Notes: generated by a model not told the origin, from the letters alone. A stretch of DNA of 64,000 nucleotides from an uncultured Verrucomicrobiota bacterium (GCA_964475405.1 CAYYWX010000001.1:6333-70332), one strand, 5' to 3'; counted from the first letter of the stretch, positions 9,679 to 18,813 are shown. Translations and numbers: made by a program.

Positions 9679-12195
9679 ATGCATCACACGGGGGAAATCC
9701 ACGTGTCCGAGTTGCCCTCGGGTTTCAAATATGTCATAGGTATTTCGGCCCTCTTCATCGCGGGCTGCTCGGCTTTCTTCTCGGTCTGCGGGCTGGGGTT
9801 CCTCTTCGCCGGGTCGGCCGCGGCGGTGATGATCATGGCCAGCAGCCTGGAAATCGGCAAGCTCGTCGCGGCCTCGTTCCTCTACCGCTACTGGCATTAC
9901 CTCAACCGCCTGCTCAAGCTTTACCTCCTGGTCGCGGTGCTGGTCCTGATCGGAATCACGTCGCTCGGCAACTACGGCTACCTCGCCCGGGCCTACGAGC
10001 GGACCCACACGCGCGTCACCCTTTTTGAAGGACAGATCGCGGCGCTCGAGAAGGAGATCGTCGACACCCAGCGCCAAATAGACAATTCGCGCAGCCAGCT
10101 CGGCAAAACCACCGATAACAGCCGCGAGGACATCGCGAAAATCCAGCAGCGCATACCGGAGGCCAACACCCTCATGGAGCAGTCGTTGACCCGCCTCCAG
10201 GAACGGCGCAAGACCGCGCAGGAACGGCGCGACCGCGATATCCAGGCGCTGACCCAGCAGCTCGCCGACAAGGCGGAAGTGCTGAAAAAAGCCATCGGCT
10301 CCGAAGAAAGCGCCATCACGGACTGCAACGTAAGCCTGGCCGTGCTGGACCGCGCGGTGGACGCCTATACCAAGGAGGGCGGCGCCGCCATCCTTAAACC
10401 AGACAGCGTCAAGAAAGGACAGGAACTCCGCGACAAGCAGCGCCCGGAACGCGACGCGCTCTTCGCCCAGATCGTCAGCCACCGCCTGCGCCAGGAACAG
10501 CAACGCTCCGACCTGGCGAAGGCGACCGAGGCCACCGACAAGGAGCTCGCCGCGATCCGCGCCAGGTCCGCAAGCGAAATGGCGCAGTTTGACTCCGATG
10601 AACAGGACCTGCGCGAGGCCCGCAACACGGCCGTCGCGCAAGCCGAGCAGCAACTGGCCGCGCTGCGATCGCAAGGCAAGACCATCGCCGCCGGCGGCGA
10701 CACGCAGATTGAAGCATTGTACCAGCGCATCCGCGCGCGCAATGAAGATATCCGCCTCCTGCGCGAACAGATTTCCTCGACCGACATCGGCTCCTACCGC
10801 TTCGTGGCCCGCGCGTTTGACACCCAGTCGGACAGCGTCGTCAAGTGGCTGACGCTCGTGCTGGTGCTGGTGTTTGACCCGCTCGCGGTCTCGTTGGCCG
10901 TCGGTTTCAACGTCGCGATCCTGACCGACCGGCGGAGCCGGATGCCGGTCGGCGGCGGATTATTTCCCTCCGAGGCGGTGAAAGAAAAAGAAACGCCGGT
11001 CGTTGCGAAGCGCCGCAATCGCTGGCTGTTCTTCGGCACCAGCCTGCTGTTGGTGATATTTATCATCGGCACGATCGCCGCCGCCACGAACTGGGGCATC
11101 CGGACCTGGCGGCACCAGTCGCTGGCCTCCCACGCCGCGTTCATCCCGGGTGACAGCTTTGCCGTGGTCGCCCTGCACCCCGCCGCCTTGCCACGGTTCG
11201 CCCAGCGCATGAATTTACTGGCCGTGCTTGGCGCGGACGCAAGCACCAATATCACGGAATTACTGACGCAGTTACGCAACAACGGCGTTGATCCGAGCGC
11301 CGACGTGTATGCCTTCGCCAAATTCCCGACGCTCCGCAAGGAAGATCGTGGTGACCGGCCGGTTATGCTGGTCGGCCTCGTGATGCAACTGGACGATGCC
11401 AAGGTGGCGGAAAGGGCATTCTCGCAGATAGCCGACCGGTTCGGTAACATCATGAGCACGAACGCCGTCGCATTTCCGTTGCTGACCAGAAACCGGGTGA
11501 TGGTGCGCTGCGGCCAGGGACGCTATATCGATCCCGAGGGCGGTTTTTTCACCTTCGGCCTCACGGACCGCGTCGCAGTGTTCCTGCTGGAATTTGAAGG
11601 CACCCAAAATGCATCCAACGTGGAAAACGAAATGCGGATATGCCTCGCGCCCGGCGAATCCCTCTCCGGGTCCACAAGCGTGCGCGCCAAGCTGCCGGAG
11701 CGGGCCTTGAGCCGCGACGGTGCGATCGCCGTATGGTTTGACGCAAACCGTTTTTTCAACGACCTGCCGAAGAATCCGGCCGCGCAAACGCGCTACGAGC
11801 AGCTTCAACAGTATCTCGGATTTGACCTCTTGTTGAAGGCACAGCCGGAAAACGCCGATCAGTTGCAAATAACAGCCGACTATGTCTACCAAGCGGAACG
11901 GTTCAAGAACGGCCAACAGTCGACCGCAATACAACAACTTGCCGGCCTCGGCCCGGTTGACCAGGCCGGAATCGCCGGACGGTTCATGGACCGTTGTGTT
12001 GACACGCTGGACTATGACTCGCTGATTGAAAAGTTCCGCGTTGCGCTCGGGAATGCGAAACAAAAAGGCGTACGGGATTTGGTTGTTGAAAAATCGTTCA
12101 TTTCGTCGCGTAACGCGCGGTTCGTGTTGACCGTCATCTGCGACCCGCAGGCCGGGCCTCCGATGCGAGCCGTGTTAAGCGCGCTCTGGCAATGA
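9679..12195 (+). CDS. Large polytopic membrane protein: N-terminal TM bundle, ~330-aa coiled-coil, TM hairpin, ~370-aa C-terminal domain; function unknown
   Basis: AAGGAGG RBS 5 nt before the ATG. Three to four N-terminal hydrophobic helices (GISALFIAGCSAFFSVCGLGFLFAG; AAVMIMASSLEIGKLVAASFL; LYLLVAVLVLIGITSLG). A long heptad-rich Q/R/E/A-rich region (residues ~110-440). Two further TM segments (WLTLVLVLVFDPLAVSLAVGFNVAIL; WLFFGTSLLLVIFIIGTIAAA). A C-terminal globular region with no motif I recognise. Confidence 0.75.
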   Translation: MHHTGEIHVSELPSGFKYVIGISALFIAGCSAFFSVCGLGFLFAGSAAAVMIMASSLEIGKLVAASFLYRYWHYLNRLLKLYLLVAVLVLIGITSLGNYGYLARAYERTHTRVTLFEGQIAALEKEIVDTQRQIDNSRSQLGKTTDNSREDIAKIQQRIPEANTLMEQSLTRLQERRKTAQERRDRDIQALTQQLADKAEVLKKAIGSEESAITDCNVSLAVLDRAVDAYTKEGGAAILKPDSVKKGQELRDKQRPERDALFAQIVSHRLRQEQQRSDLAKATEATDKELAAIRARSASEMAQFDSDEQDLREARNTAVAQAEQQLAALRSQGKTIAAGGDTQIEALYQRIRARNEDIRLLREQISSTDIGSYRFVARAFDTQSDSVVKWLTLVLVLVFDPLAVSLAVGFNVAILTDRRSRMPVGGGLFPSEAVKEKETPVVAKRRNRWLFFGTSLLLVIFIIGTIAAATNWGIRTWRHQSLASHAAFIPGDSFAVVALHPAALPRFAQRMNLLAVLGADASTNITELLTQLRNNGVDPSADVYAFAKFPTLRKEDRGDRPVMLVGLVMQLDDAKVAERAFSQIADRFGNIMSTNAVAFPLLTRNRVMVRCGQGRYIDPEGGFFTFGLTDRVAVFLLEFEGTQNASNVENEMRICLAPGESLSGSTSVRAKLPERALSRDGAIAVWFDANRFFNDLPKNPAAQTRYEQLQQYLGFDLLLKAQPENADQLQITADYVYQAERFKNGQQSTAIQQLAGLGPVDQAGIAGRFMDRCVDTLDYDSLIEKFRVALGNAKQKGVRDLVVEKSFISSRNARFVLTVICDPQAGPPMRAVLSALWQ

Positions 12196-13046
12196 AGAAA
12201 AAATCACTTATGCGCCGGGCGCGGTCATCGCTGATCCTTGCCTTCTGCCTCTCCCTCATCCTTGCCGTGACAGGTTGCCGGACAACCGGAAAAAAAACGG
12301 GCGGGCACGCCGGGTCATCATCGCCGGCCAAATCCGATTCTTCCCCGGCAGTGCCTGATCCTGACCTCAAAAAGAGCGAACAGCCCGCTCCCCCGGCCGA
12401 AGAAAAACCGGCAACTCCTCCATCTTTGCCCATAGCCGAAACGCCTTCAAACACAGTGGCTCTGCCGCCGCCGGCCGCGCCGACTAACAAGCCGGCGGCA
12501 ACTGGCGGCAATACAAATTTGGACAATTCGGTAAAATTGCCCCAACCACCGCCGGGTAAACCGCAAACCGCCGCTGATGCGTCCGCCGTCAGGTTGCAAA
12601 TTCCGGACCGCGGCCAAAATGCTTCCGGCGCCAAAACCAACCTGTTTTACCGGCCGACTCTGGGCGGCACCTCGCGCGCAACCGGCGCCACTAATGATAA
12701 TATCCCGGCAAGGCCGCTTCCCATCGGTCTTTGGCAATCGCTGACATCTTCCTCCAAACACGCAGGAAGCACCGCGCCGTTGATGACCCCCGGCGCCGGG
12801 CAGACGCCAAGCAACCATTCCGCGAACGGGGTTACCCTGCCGGTGAAGGGAGACGCTCATCCTGCGTCATCCGACAATGAAACCCCGGCGGCGGTCCTGC
12901 CGGTGGAGCCGTTGCTGGAGAACGGCGAGACCGAGGCGCAGCGGCGCGAACGGGAGGCGGCCCGGCAGGAATCCGAGCGCAAGGCGCGGGAGGCCGGGCG
13001 CGATAACCTCAATCGCGCCTTCTATAGGTTTTTGCTGGGACAATGA
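12192..13046 (+). CDS. Proline/alanine-rich lipoprotein, operon partner of the 838-aa protein
   Basis: ATGA start/stop overlap with the upstream gene. Lipobox (LILAVTGC). Long low-complexity P/A/T/S-rich region and a charged C-terminal helix (ETEAQRREREAARQESERKAREAGRD). Confidence 0.65.
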   Translation: MKKKSLMRRARSSLILAFCLSLILAVTGCRTTGKKTGGHAGSSSPAKSDSSPAVPDPDLKKSEQPAPPAEEKPATPPSLPIAETPSNTVALPPPAAPTNKPAATGGNTNLDNSVKLPQPPPGKPQTAADASAVRLQIPDRGQNASGAKTNLFYRPTLGGTSRATGATNDNIPARPLPIGLWQSLTSSSKHAGSTAPLMTPGAGQTPSNHSANGVTLPVKGDAHPASSDNETPAAVLPVEPLLENGETEAQRREREAARQESERKAREAGRDNLNRAFYRFLLGQ

Positions 13047-13109
13047 TTTTGCGCGAACATCGGCGTTCCAGCCGCTATCAAATTTCAACTGATTTACATC
13101 GAAAAACGG

Positions 13110-13790
13110 TTATGAGATTTGCTTAATCAGTGTTTCTAAATGTTCTCTACGCAAGGTGGCGAGAATACATTTTCCCCAGGTGGGCGGACACCTGGCCAAC
13201 AGGTCGCGCACAATTTGCATCTCCCTCTTCTTGTTGAGAAGATCAAGAATGAGAGCGGCAGCGTCAATATCCTTCCGCTTTTTCTCCACGTTCCTACGGC
13301 GAGGCGCGACGAGTAGCTTGTGCAAAGCAAACGCCGCCGGATGCGGCGCGTTTACCGGCACGTTCCCAAAATTAAGTCGAACGGTCATCATAAGGGCAAT
13401 CCCCATGAATCGAAGCGCCTGGGCATTCAGCTTGAGCTTTGGCAAATCCTGCAGGCCCTCGCTTCCGCGTCCCCGTTCAGGAACAAGGAACTCAATCATC
13501 AATTCTGGATGCTCCAGCATCATCACGCCTTGTGTGCCTCGAAATCCCGTGATGAACCCAAGGCCTTTCAGGAGCTCCGGGACATCCACCGTTTTGCGGA
13601 TTGCCGCCACGGATGGCACCAGGAAATCCATGTCGCGCGTACGCACGGCAGGAACAGCGCCGACATCCCGGAAATAGTCGCGGTATAGAACAAGACACCA
13701 GCTTCCGACCAGGACTAGATTTTGAAGCACCCCGGCTGCCTCCAGCTTGCTGAGCACATTCAGGCATAACTCATACTGCTTGTTTTGCAC
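13110..13790 (-). CDS. Nucleotidyltransferase-fold protein (pol-beta-like GS...D.D motif); candidate toxin/defence effector
   Basis: VLVGSWCLVLYRDYF...RTRDMDFLVP matches the hG[GS] ... [DE]h[DE]h minimal NTase pattern with a longer spacer than usual. AT-richer than the genome. Its start overlaps the upstream small gene by 20 nt. Confidence 0.55.
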   Translation of the reverse strand: MQNKQYELCLNVLSKLEAAGVLQNLVLVGSWCLVLYRDYFRDVGAVPAVRTRDMDFLVPSVAAIRKTVDVPELLKGLGFITGFRGTQGVMMLEHPELMIEFLVPERGRGSEGLQDLPKLKLNAQALRFMGIALMMTVRLNFGNVPVNAPHPAAFALHKLLVAPRRRNVEKKRKDIDAAALILDLLNKKREMQIVRDLLARCPPTWGKCILATLRREHLETLIKQIS

Positions 13791-14088
13791 GGAGCGCCTT
13801 CCTCATAAAAACAATTTGTTTTCGCACATCAGAGAGGAGCTTGCGGTACTGCACGCGAAACTGCCTGGCGTTCCGATACTTGGCTATCTCCCGCTCCTCC
13901 ATATTGCGGCCTTTATATAGAAACCTTACGCGGTTCTTTTCACGGTACGCAAGATAGTAGTAAGCCCGTCCGCGGATGATCTTTTTGACCACGCATCCGC
14001 GAGGCAGTTTGCCCAATGCGCGCCGGTAATCCCGCTCCATGCGGAGCGAGTTGCCCAGCTCTTCTTTTAGTAATTCCTTGATCGCCAT
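13771..14088 (-). CDS. Small basic protein (105 aa, K/R-rich) translationally overlapped with the NTase-fold gene; candidate antitoxin/regulatory partner
   Basis: Its ORF overlaps the start of the downstream gene. Highly basic (RGRAYYYLAYREKNRVRFLYKGRNMEEREIAKYRNARQFRVQYRKLL). Same AT-rich island. Confidence 0.5.
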   Translation of the reverse strand: MAIKELLKEELGNSLRMERDYRRALGKLPRGCVVKKIIRGRAYYYLAYREKNRVRFLYKGRNMEEREIAKYRNARQFRVQYRKLLSDVRKQIVFMRKALRAKQAV

Positions 14089-14523
14089 AAAGACCTCTTA
14101 ACTAACATCCTTGGCAATAAACATACCCAGCCTGGCAATTGATGTCAAGTTACCAAACATAGTGTCCATTTATCGCCATGTGTTTGGTAACGTCACGAAC
14201 CGCGGCAATTAAGGCAGGGAGTCCGGGGATTACGCTCATTTCCAGACGCATGCCACCAAACCCTGTTATTTCGTCGGACTACTTATTCTGACCTGGATTC
14301 CCTGGCCGAGCTCGGGCAGGCCCGTTTTCACGGGAATGACATTATAGCGCCGGTCAAAAACGGATGATTTTGGCCGGGTTAAAAATGGATTAACAATACA
14401 TTATAGTTACATCTTTGTCGGCAACTGTTCTACAGGTGGGGCGAACCCTCAGGGTGAGCCGATCTCAGAACGGCTCGGCAGGGACGCCTCGCCCTACCAT
14501 TTTTAAAATTCTACACATCAGAA

Positions 14524-15327
14524 TTAAAACTGGTAGGAAACGCCGATGCTGAGCACCGGGTAGAACCGGAATTTGTCGGCCTGGTTTTGCGCGTCGTCCT
14601 CTTCCTCCTGGAGGTCCGCGAGGAAAGTCGCGTCTTGCGACTTGGTGCCGTCCGCGCTCAGACTGACGCTGGGCGTGCCCTGGAACACGACGCCCAGGTC
14701 AAAGACAAAATTCCAGGCGGTATCCGGGCCGCCGACGGCGTTGCCGAACCCGATGCCGACATAAGGCCCGAAATTATTGAATTTTACCGAGCCGCTCAAA
14801 GTGCCGACTTCCTCGGGCGTGTAAAAATGCTCGCCGATCTTCTGGACGGCGTTCAGCGTGGCGTCCAGATCGCCGCGGTTGCGATTATAAAGCACGCCGC
14901 CGCTGACCCGGAAATTGTTGCCGAACGGATGCCAGTCCAGCATCAGCGGCACGGAAGCCCATTTGACATCCACCTTGTATTCCAGGTCATGGATGGTAGT
15001 GGTGAACCGCAGCGGCAGGTAATTGCCACCCACGCGCAGGTTGAGATATGATTCGACCACCCCGACCGTTACTTCCACTCCCGGGCCAAGCGTGCCGATC
15101 TTGATCGCCGCCCCGATCCAGGGCGGATAATATTCCGTTTCTTCCATTTCAAGGTCGCCGGTCTTGATCGTGGTCGTGGTGGTGGTGATGACCGTTGTTT
15201 TTTTCGCGGCGGAAGAATTGCCATCCGGGACCTCGCGCCCGGCTGCCGCGGCGTTTTGCACCAGAAGCCCGCCCGGGGCGATTAATCCGGCAAGAACAAG
15301 AGCGAGACAAGCGCGATTATATTGCAT
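14524..15327 (-). CDS. Outer-membrane beta-barrel protein (OmpA-like/opacity-family 8-strand barrel)
   Basis: Signal peptide (ACLALVLAGLIAPGGLLVQNAAAA), alternating amphipathic beta strands with aromatic girdle residues, and a C-terminal ...VSYQF ending in Phe. Confidence 0.7.
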   Translation of the reverse strand: MQYNRACLALVLAGLIAPGGLLVQNAAAAGREVPDGNSSAAKKTTVITTTTTTIKTGDLEMEETEYYPPWIGAAIKIGTLGPGVEVTVGVVESYLNLRVGGNYLPLRFTTTIHDLEYKVDVKWASVPLMLDWHPFGNNFRVSGGVLYNRNRGDLDATLNAVQKIGEHFYTPEEVGTLSGSVKFNNFGPYVGIGFGNAVGGPDTAWNFVFDLGVVFQGTPSVSLSADGTKSQDATFLADLQEEEDDAQNQADKFRFYPVLSIGVSYQF

Positions 15328-15351
15328 GAGTTCCTTTTTGGTTAATATTCA

Positions 15352-18300
15352 CTACTTGATTTCAATCTTCATGATCCTGGTCTCATACGGCGCGAGGGTC
15401 ATGGTCGGGCTATCTTCCTTCGCGGCGGCGTTGTAATTCCAGATCGCCTTGATCGGGGTGGCTGCCGGGGCGGTCAACTTAACCTCCACACTCTTGCCGG
15501 TGGTGTTGGCCAGGTAGGTCAGGAGCGCGCCCTCCGCGGACACGGTGCGCGATTCAACGCCCGGCGGGTAGCCGCCGTCCGGCGTGAAGGCCCGGACCGG
15601 ACGCTGGAAACGCAAGTCATCCATCAACCGGTCCAGGAGCGCCCGGCGGCTGTCCACCGTGAGCTGGGCCGCAAGGTATATGACGCGCCCCCTGCCGACC
15701 GGGCGCGAGAGGATTGCCGGCTCCCCGCTTCCCGCGTAGGTTGCCATGACCTGCCAATCCGCGGAGGCCTTCACGCTCTGGATGACGCCCGCCGCGTCAA
15801 GGTTCTCCGGCGCGGCGGCCAGGAATCCGCTCTTCTTGACGGCAACCGTGCGCTTGGGTTCCTTTGAGACGATCGTCTTGGCGACCGGTCCCTGGATGAA
15901 ATCCAGCTCGCCGGTCTGCGCGATGCCCGGCTTGGCTTCCCCGGCCTTGATCTCGGGCAGTTCCTCGGCAAGCAGTTCCAGGCCGAGGTTCCCCAGGTAA
16001 TCGCGCTTGCGGTTGTATTCGTCGGCCACGAGCGAGGTCGGCGTAATGAGCAATGTGCCGCCGCCGGCGACCCATTCCTTAAGCCTGACAAAGACATCCT
16101 CTTCCACGTAGCGGCAGCCGGGGATGACGACCAGCTTGAAGTTGGCCGGGATATTCTCGCGGACGCGGCGCGAGGAAACGAAACCGACCGGCGCGTCAAG
16201 CCGCACCGCGGCCTGGTAGGTCTTCTCCATCTCCAGCGCATAGGGCGTCTTGTGTCCCTGGGTCCGGGGATCGAGCTGGATCAGGGTGGCGCGTGGATAT
16301 AAAAGGGCTATTTCGGCCGGGGCATCCGGGAACGGCGCGATCTGTTTCGCGAGGCGGCGGACATCCAGGGCCGTGCGCATGACCGTGCCCACTTCCTCCA
16401 GTGAGATTGTCGCGGAATGCCGCAAGGCGCTGTTGTCAAACTCCCCTTCACCCGGCGGCCACCACCAGTAATCCATCATTCCGCAGCCGTGGAGGAACAT
16501 GAGGAAGCAGGTGTTCGGCAAGGCATGATATTCCGGGTCAAGGATGGGGACCGGACGGGAGACGAGGTGCCGCTGCAAATCCATCACGCTCGTTACGCCC
16601 AGCGCCCGGCTGCCGGTTTCCGACAGGAATATGTCGTTGACCCCGTCGCGGATCAGGCCCTCCTCGTCAATGCCCTGCCGCCAGAATCCGCTCCCGAACG
16701 GTTCGCCGCCGCCGGTCGTCAGCGGGAGGCCCGGCGCGGCCTTGTTGACTTCACTCTTGGCCCATTTCATGTAATCCGTGAAGCGCCAGAGGTTGAAATC
16801 GCCGAAGTCGTAATACTTGGCCGGGTTGGGTTCCGTCTTGTCCGGCGCATACTCCGACAGGTTAATCTCCTTGAAATCCTTGAAGGCCGTCTTCCAGACG
16901 GCATTGAGTTTTTCCACGCTCCCATACTTGCGCCCGAGCCACTGGCGGAAGAGGTCGGCGGAATAAACGTCGTAATTCACGTAAGAATATTCAAAACCGA
17001 CGTTCACGTAAAGGTTGCCGGGCTTGACGCCCTGGCGCTGGCCGTAGCGGGCAATGGATTTGGCGATGGCCTCGCGCATCTTCGGGCTATCAAGGTTAAT
17101 GACGCAACGCTCCCTGCTGCCGCCCGCGGAGTACTGGTCGCAGATGATGTGTCCGCACCAGCCGCCGTCATAGACGCGGTGGGTCTCGGGATATTTCTGG
17201 TAGGCCTCCCAGACCGGCGTGCTCTGCACGTCGTAGCGGCTCGCGCCGACGGCCGAAATGCTGTAATGATGCGTCCGCGGGGAAAACCAACGTATCAGCT
17301 CGCCGGAGTTATGATACTGCATTGAGAAAAGTATTTTCGGCTCGTCGCCCTCGCAGAAGTAGCGTCCCTTCAATTTTAGTTTCGTGAAGTCCGGGTGGGG
17401 CGGCACCTTGATGTCCGGCGCCTTGCCGGCCATGATGTCCTTCAGGCGCCGGGCGGCCACTTGGCTGGATTGAAGAATGTAGGCCGCGTTCGTCCCGCGC
17501 TGTCCGAGATGGTTTGGCAAATCCCAGCGCACATTAAAGGCAAGAGCGCTTAAAACAATTGGAATCTCGTCGTAAAGAGTTTCAACGCCCCTGGTCTTGG
17601 CCTCCGCCACGACGGTTTTCAACTCCGCCAGGGCCTGCTCCGCCTCGGCGCGGCGCGCGCCCTGCTCCGGCGTTTCCGTCACCAGCGGCGGATCAGCCTT
17701 CATTTCCCGCCCGGTCTCGGCCAGCGTTACGCCGCACTTGGCGTCAAGGTCCATTCCCGTAAGGCTCACATCGTCCACCCAGACACGGCCCCGGCCCTTG
17801 CCGGACAACTGGATGAAGACTTTCACGGCGGGGCACTTGTCGGGCACGTCAAACACCAGCTCCGCCCTCGTCCAGGCGTAGGTGCCCGGCAAGGTCATGA
17901 CCGCGTCGGGAAGGGGTCGCTCGCCGGAATCCGTCACCAATATGCTGGGCACGCCCTGGCCCTGGCTCTGCACGTAGGCGGTCAGTTTCAGGCGGGTGGG
18001 ATATTGCACCGGGATGAGCGGCGAGAAAAATCCGATTTTGCACGGGCCCCTGGCGTCAAGCATCGCCGAGGCGCTGCCGGAATAAACGGCCTTCTCTCCC
18101 TTCCCCAGGAAACTCCGCCCTTCCCAGCGCCGGGCGTTCCACCATTTGAACGGATTGCCCAGGGCATCGGGCGTTTGCAGATCCTCAAACGATCCGTTGA
18201 CCAGGAGTTCCTTGTAGGGCATTTTTACCATGGCGGCCTTAGGAATCACGGGAGGGTTCTCGGAAAGGTACATGTTGTCAATATAGACCATGATCTCTTG

Positions 18301-18813
18301 CGGGCAATTCTTGTAGAGGCAGATGAACGCCACGTTGCCGCGGTCCAATTCAACCCGGTTCTTGAGATCATCCAGGTCAATGGTGAGCGTATTGACCCCC
18401 GGGCCGAGGATGAACGATGATTCGGCCTTATGGAACGCCTTGTCGCGGATCCAGATTCCGAACTCGGCCGGCAGCTGGCCATCAAGGAAGACGTCAACGT
18501 TCAGATACCTGAACCCGGTCCAGTCGGAAGGCATCTTGTCCGTCAGGATATTGGACCACTCGGGCTTGTTGGTGTAATAAACCTTCAGCGACTTTTTGCC
18601 CTGTGTGACGTGCCTGGCAGAAACTTCAAACGGCGAATGATTTTCGCTTTTCCAGATGGAAGCATCCTCAAAATCAACGATGCTTTTTACGCGGCCCACG
18701 CCGGACGGCGGGGCATCCGCCCCGGACGCGCAAATTGCCCCAATTCCCAGGACAGTGATCATGGCCAGTATTCTCCCCCGCAGTTGCATATGATTATTCC
18801 TTTCAAAGGACAC
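15352..18813 (-). CDS. Large secreted glycoside hydrolase, GH42-like beta-galactosidase architecture with N-terminal beta-sandwich (CBM-like) extension
   Basis: Signal peptide. The segment FRQWLGRKYGSVEKLNAVWKTAF resembles the conserved GH42 motif (F..WL..KYG....LN.AW). A C-terminal glutamine-amidotransferase-like trimerisation-type segment (VRLKEWVAGGGTLLITPTS). Assignment to GH42 is by motif recall only. Confidence 0.6.
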   Translation of the reverse strand: MSFERNNHMQLRGRILAMITVLGIGAICASGADAPPSGVGRVKSIVDFEDASIWKSENHSPFEVSARHVTQGKKSLKVYYTNKPEWSNILTDKMPSDWTGFRYLNVDVFLDGQLPAEFGIWIRDKAFHKAESSFILGPGVNTLTIDLDDLKNRVELDRGNVAFICLYKNCPQEIMVYIDNMYLSENPPVIPKAAMVKMPYKELLVNGSFEDLQTPDALGNPFKWWNARRWEGRSFLGKGEKAVYSGSASAMLDARGPCKIGFFSPLIPVQYPTRLKLTAYVQSQGQGVPSILVTDSGERPLPDAVMTLPGTYAWTRAELVFDVPDKCPAVKVFIQLSGKGRGRVWVDDVSLTGMDLDAKCGVTLAETGREMKADPPLVTETPEQGARRAEAEQALAELKTVVAEAKTRGVETLYDEIPIVLSALAFNVRWDLPNHLGQRGTNAAYILQSSQVAARRLKDIMAGKAPDIKVPPHPDFTKLKLKGRYFCEGDEPKILFSMQYHNSGELIRWFSPRTHHYSISAVGASRYDVQSTPVWEAYQKYPETHRVYDGGWCGHIICDQYSAGGSRERCVINLDSPKMREAIAKSIARYGQRQGVKPGNLYVNVGFEYSYVNYDVYSADLFRQWLGRKYGSVEKLNAVWKTAFKDFKEINLSEYAPDKTEPNPAKYYDFGDFNLWRFTDYMKWAKSEVNKAAPGLPLTTGGGEPFGSGFWRQGIDEEGLIRDGVNDIFLSETGSRALGVTSVMDLQRHLVSRPVPILDPEYHALPNTCFLMFLHGCGMMDYWWWPPGEGEFDNSALRHSATISLEEVGTVMRTALDVRRLAKQIAPFPDAPAEIALLYPRATLIQLDPRTQGHKTPYALEMEKTYQAAVRLDAPVGFVSSRRVRENIPANFKLVVIPGCRYVEEDVFVRLKEWVAGGGTLLITPTSLVADEYNRKRDYLGNLGLELLAEELPEIKAGEAKPGIAQTGELDFIQGPVAKTIVSKEPKRTVAVKKSGFLAAAPENLDAAGVIQSVKASADWQVMATYAGSGEPAILSRPVGRGRVIYLAAQLTVDSRRALLDRLMDDLRFQRPVRAFTPDGGYPPGVESRTVSAEGALLTYLANTTGKSVEVKLTAPAATPIKAIWNYNAAAKEDSPTMTLAPYETRIMKIEIK

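Noticed and set aside
9514-10674. 386-aa minus-strand ORF in the track
   Set aside because: It lies entirely antisense within the 838-aa plus-strand gene, which has a strong RBS and coherent TM/coiled-coil architecture. The ORF translates to Arg/Gly/Ala-rich low-complexity sequence typical of high-GC antisense shadows.
9679-12195. The 838-aa coiled-coil membrane protein as ZorA, or an SMC/Wadjet-like protein
   Set aside because: No MotA/TolQ channel core, no ABC-type ATPase head motifs (Walker A/B) and no SMC hinge. The coiled-coil is flanked by TM segments on both sides. It is left as an unclassified membrane protein.
15746-18420. Numerous 60-300-aa ORFs on both strands inside the 1153-aa GH42-like gene (e.g. 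16417-17325 plus, 15771-16241 minus)
   Set aside because: They overlap a long, signal-peptide-bearing gene with recognisable GH motifs. Their translations are Arg/Pro/Ala-rich with no domain features. This is standard high-GC out-of-frame noise.
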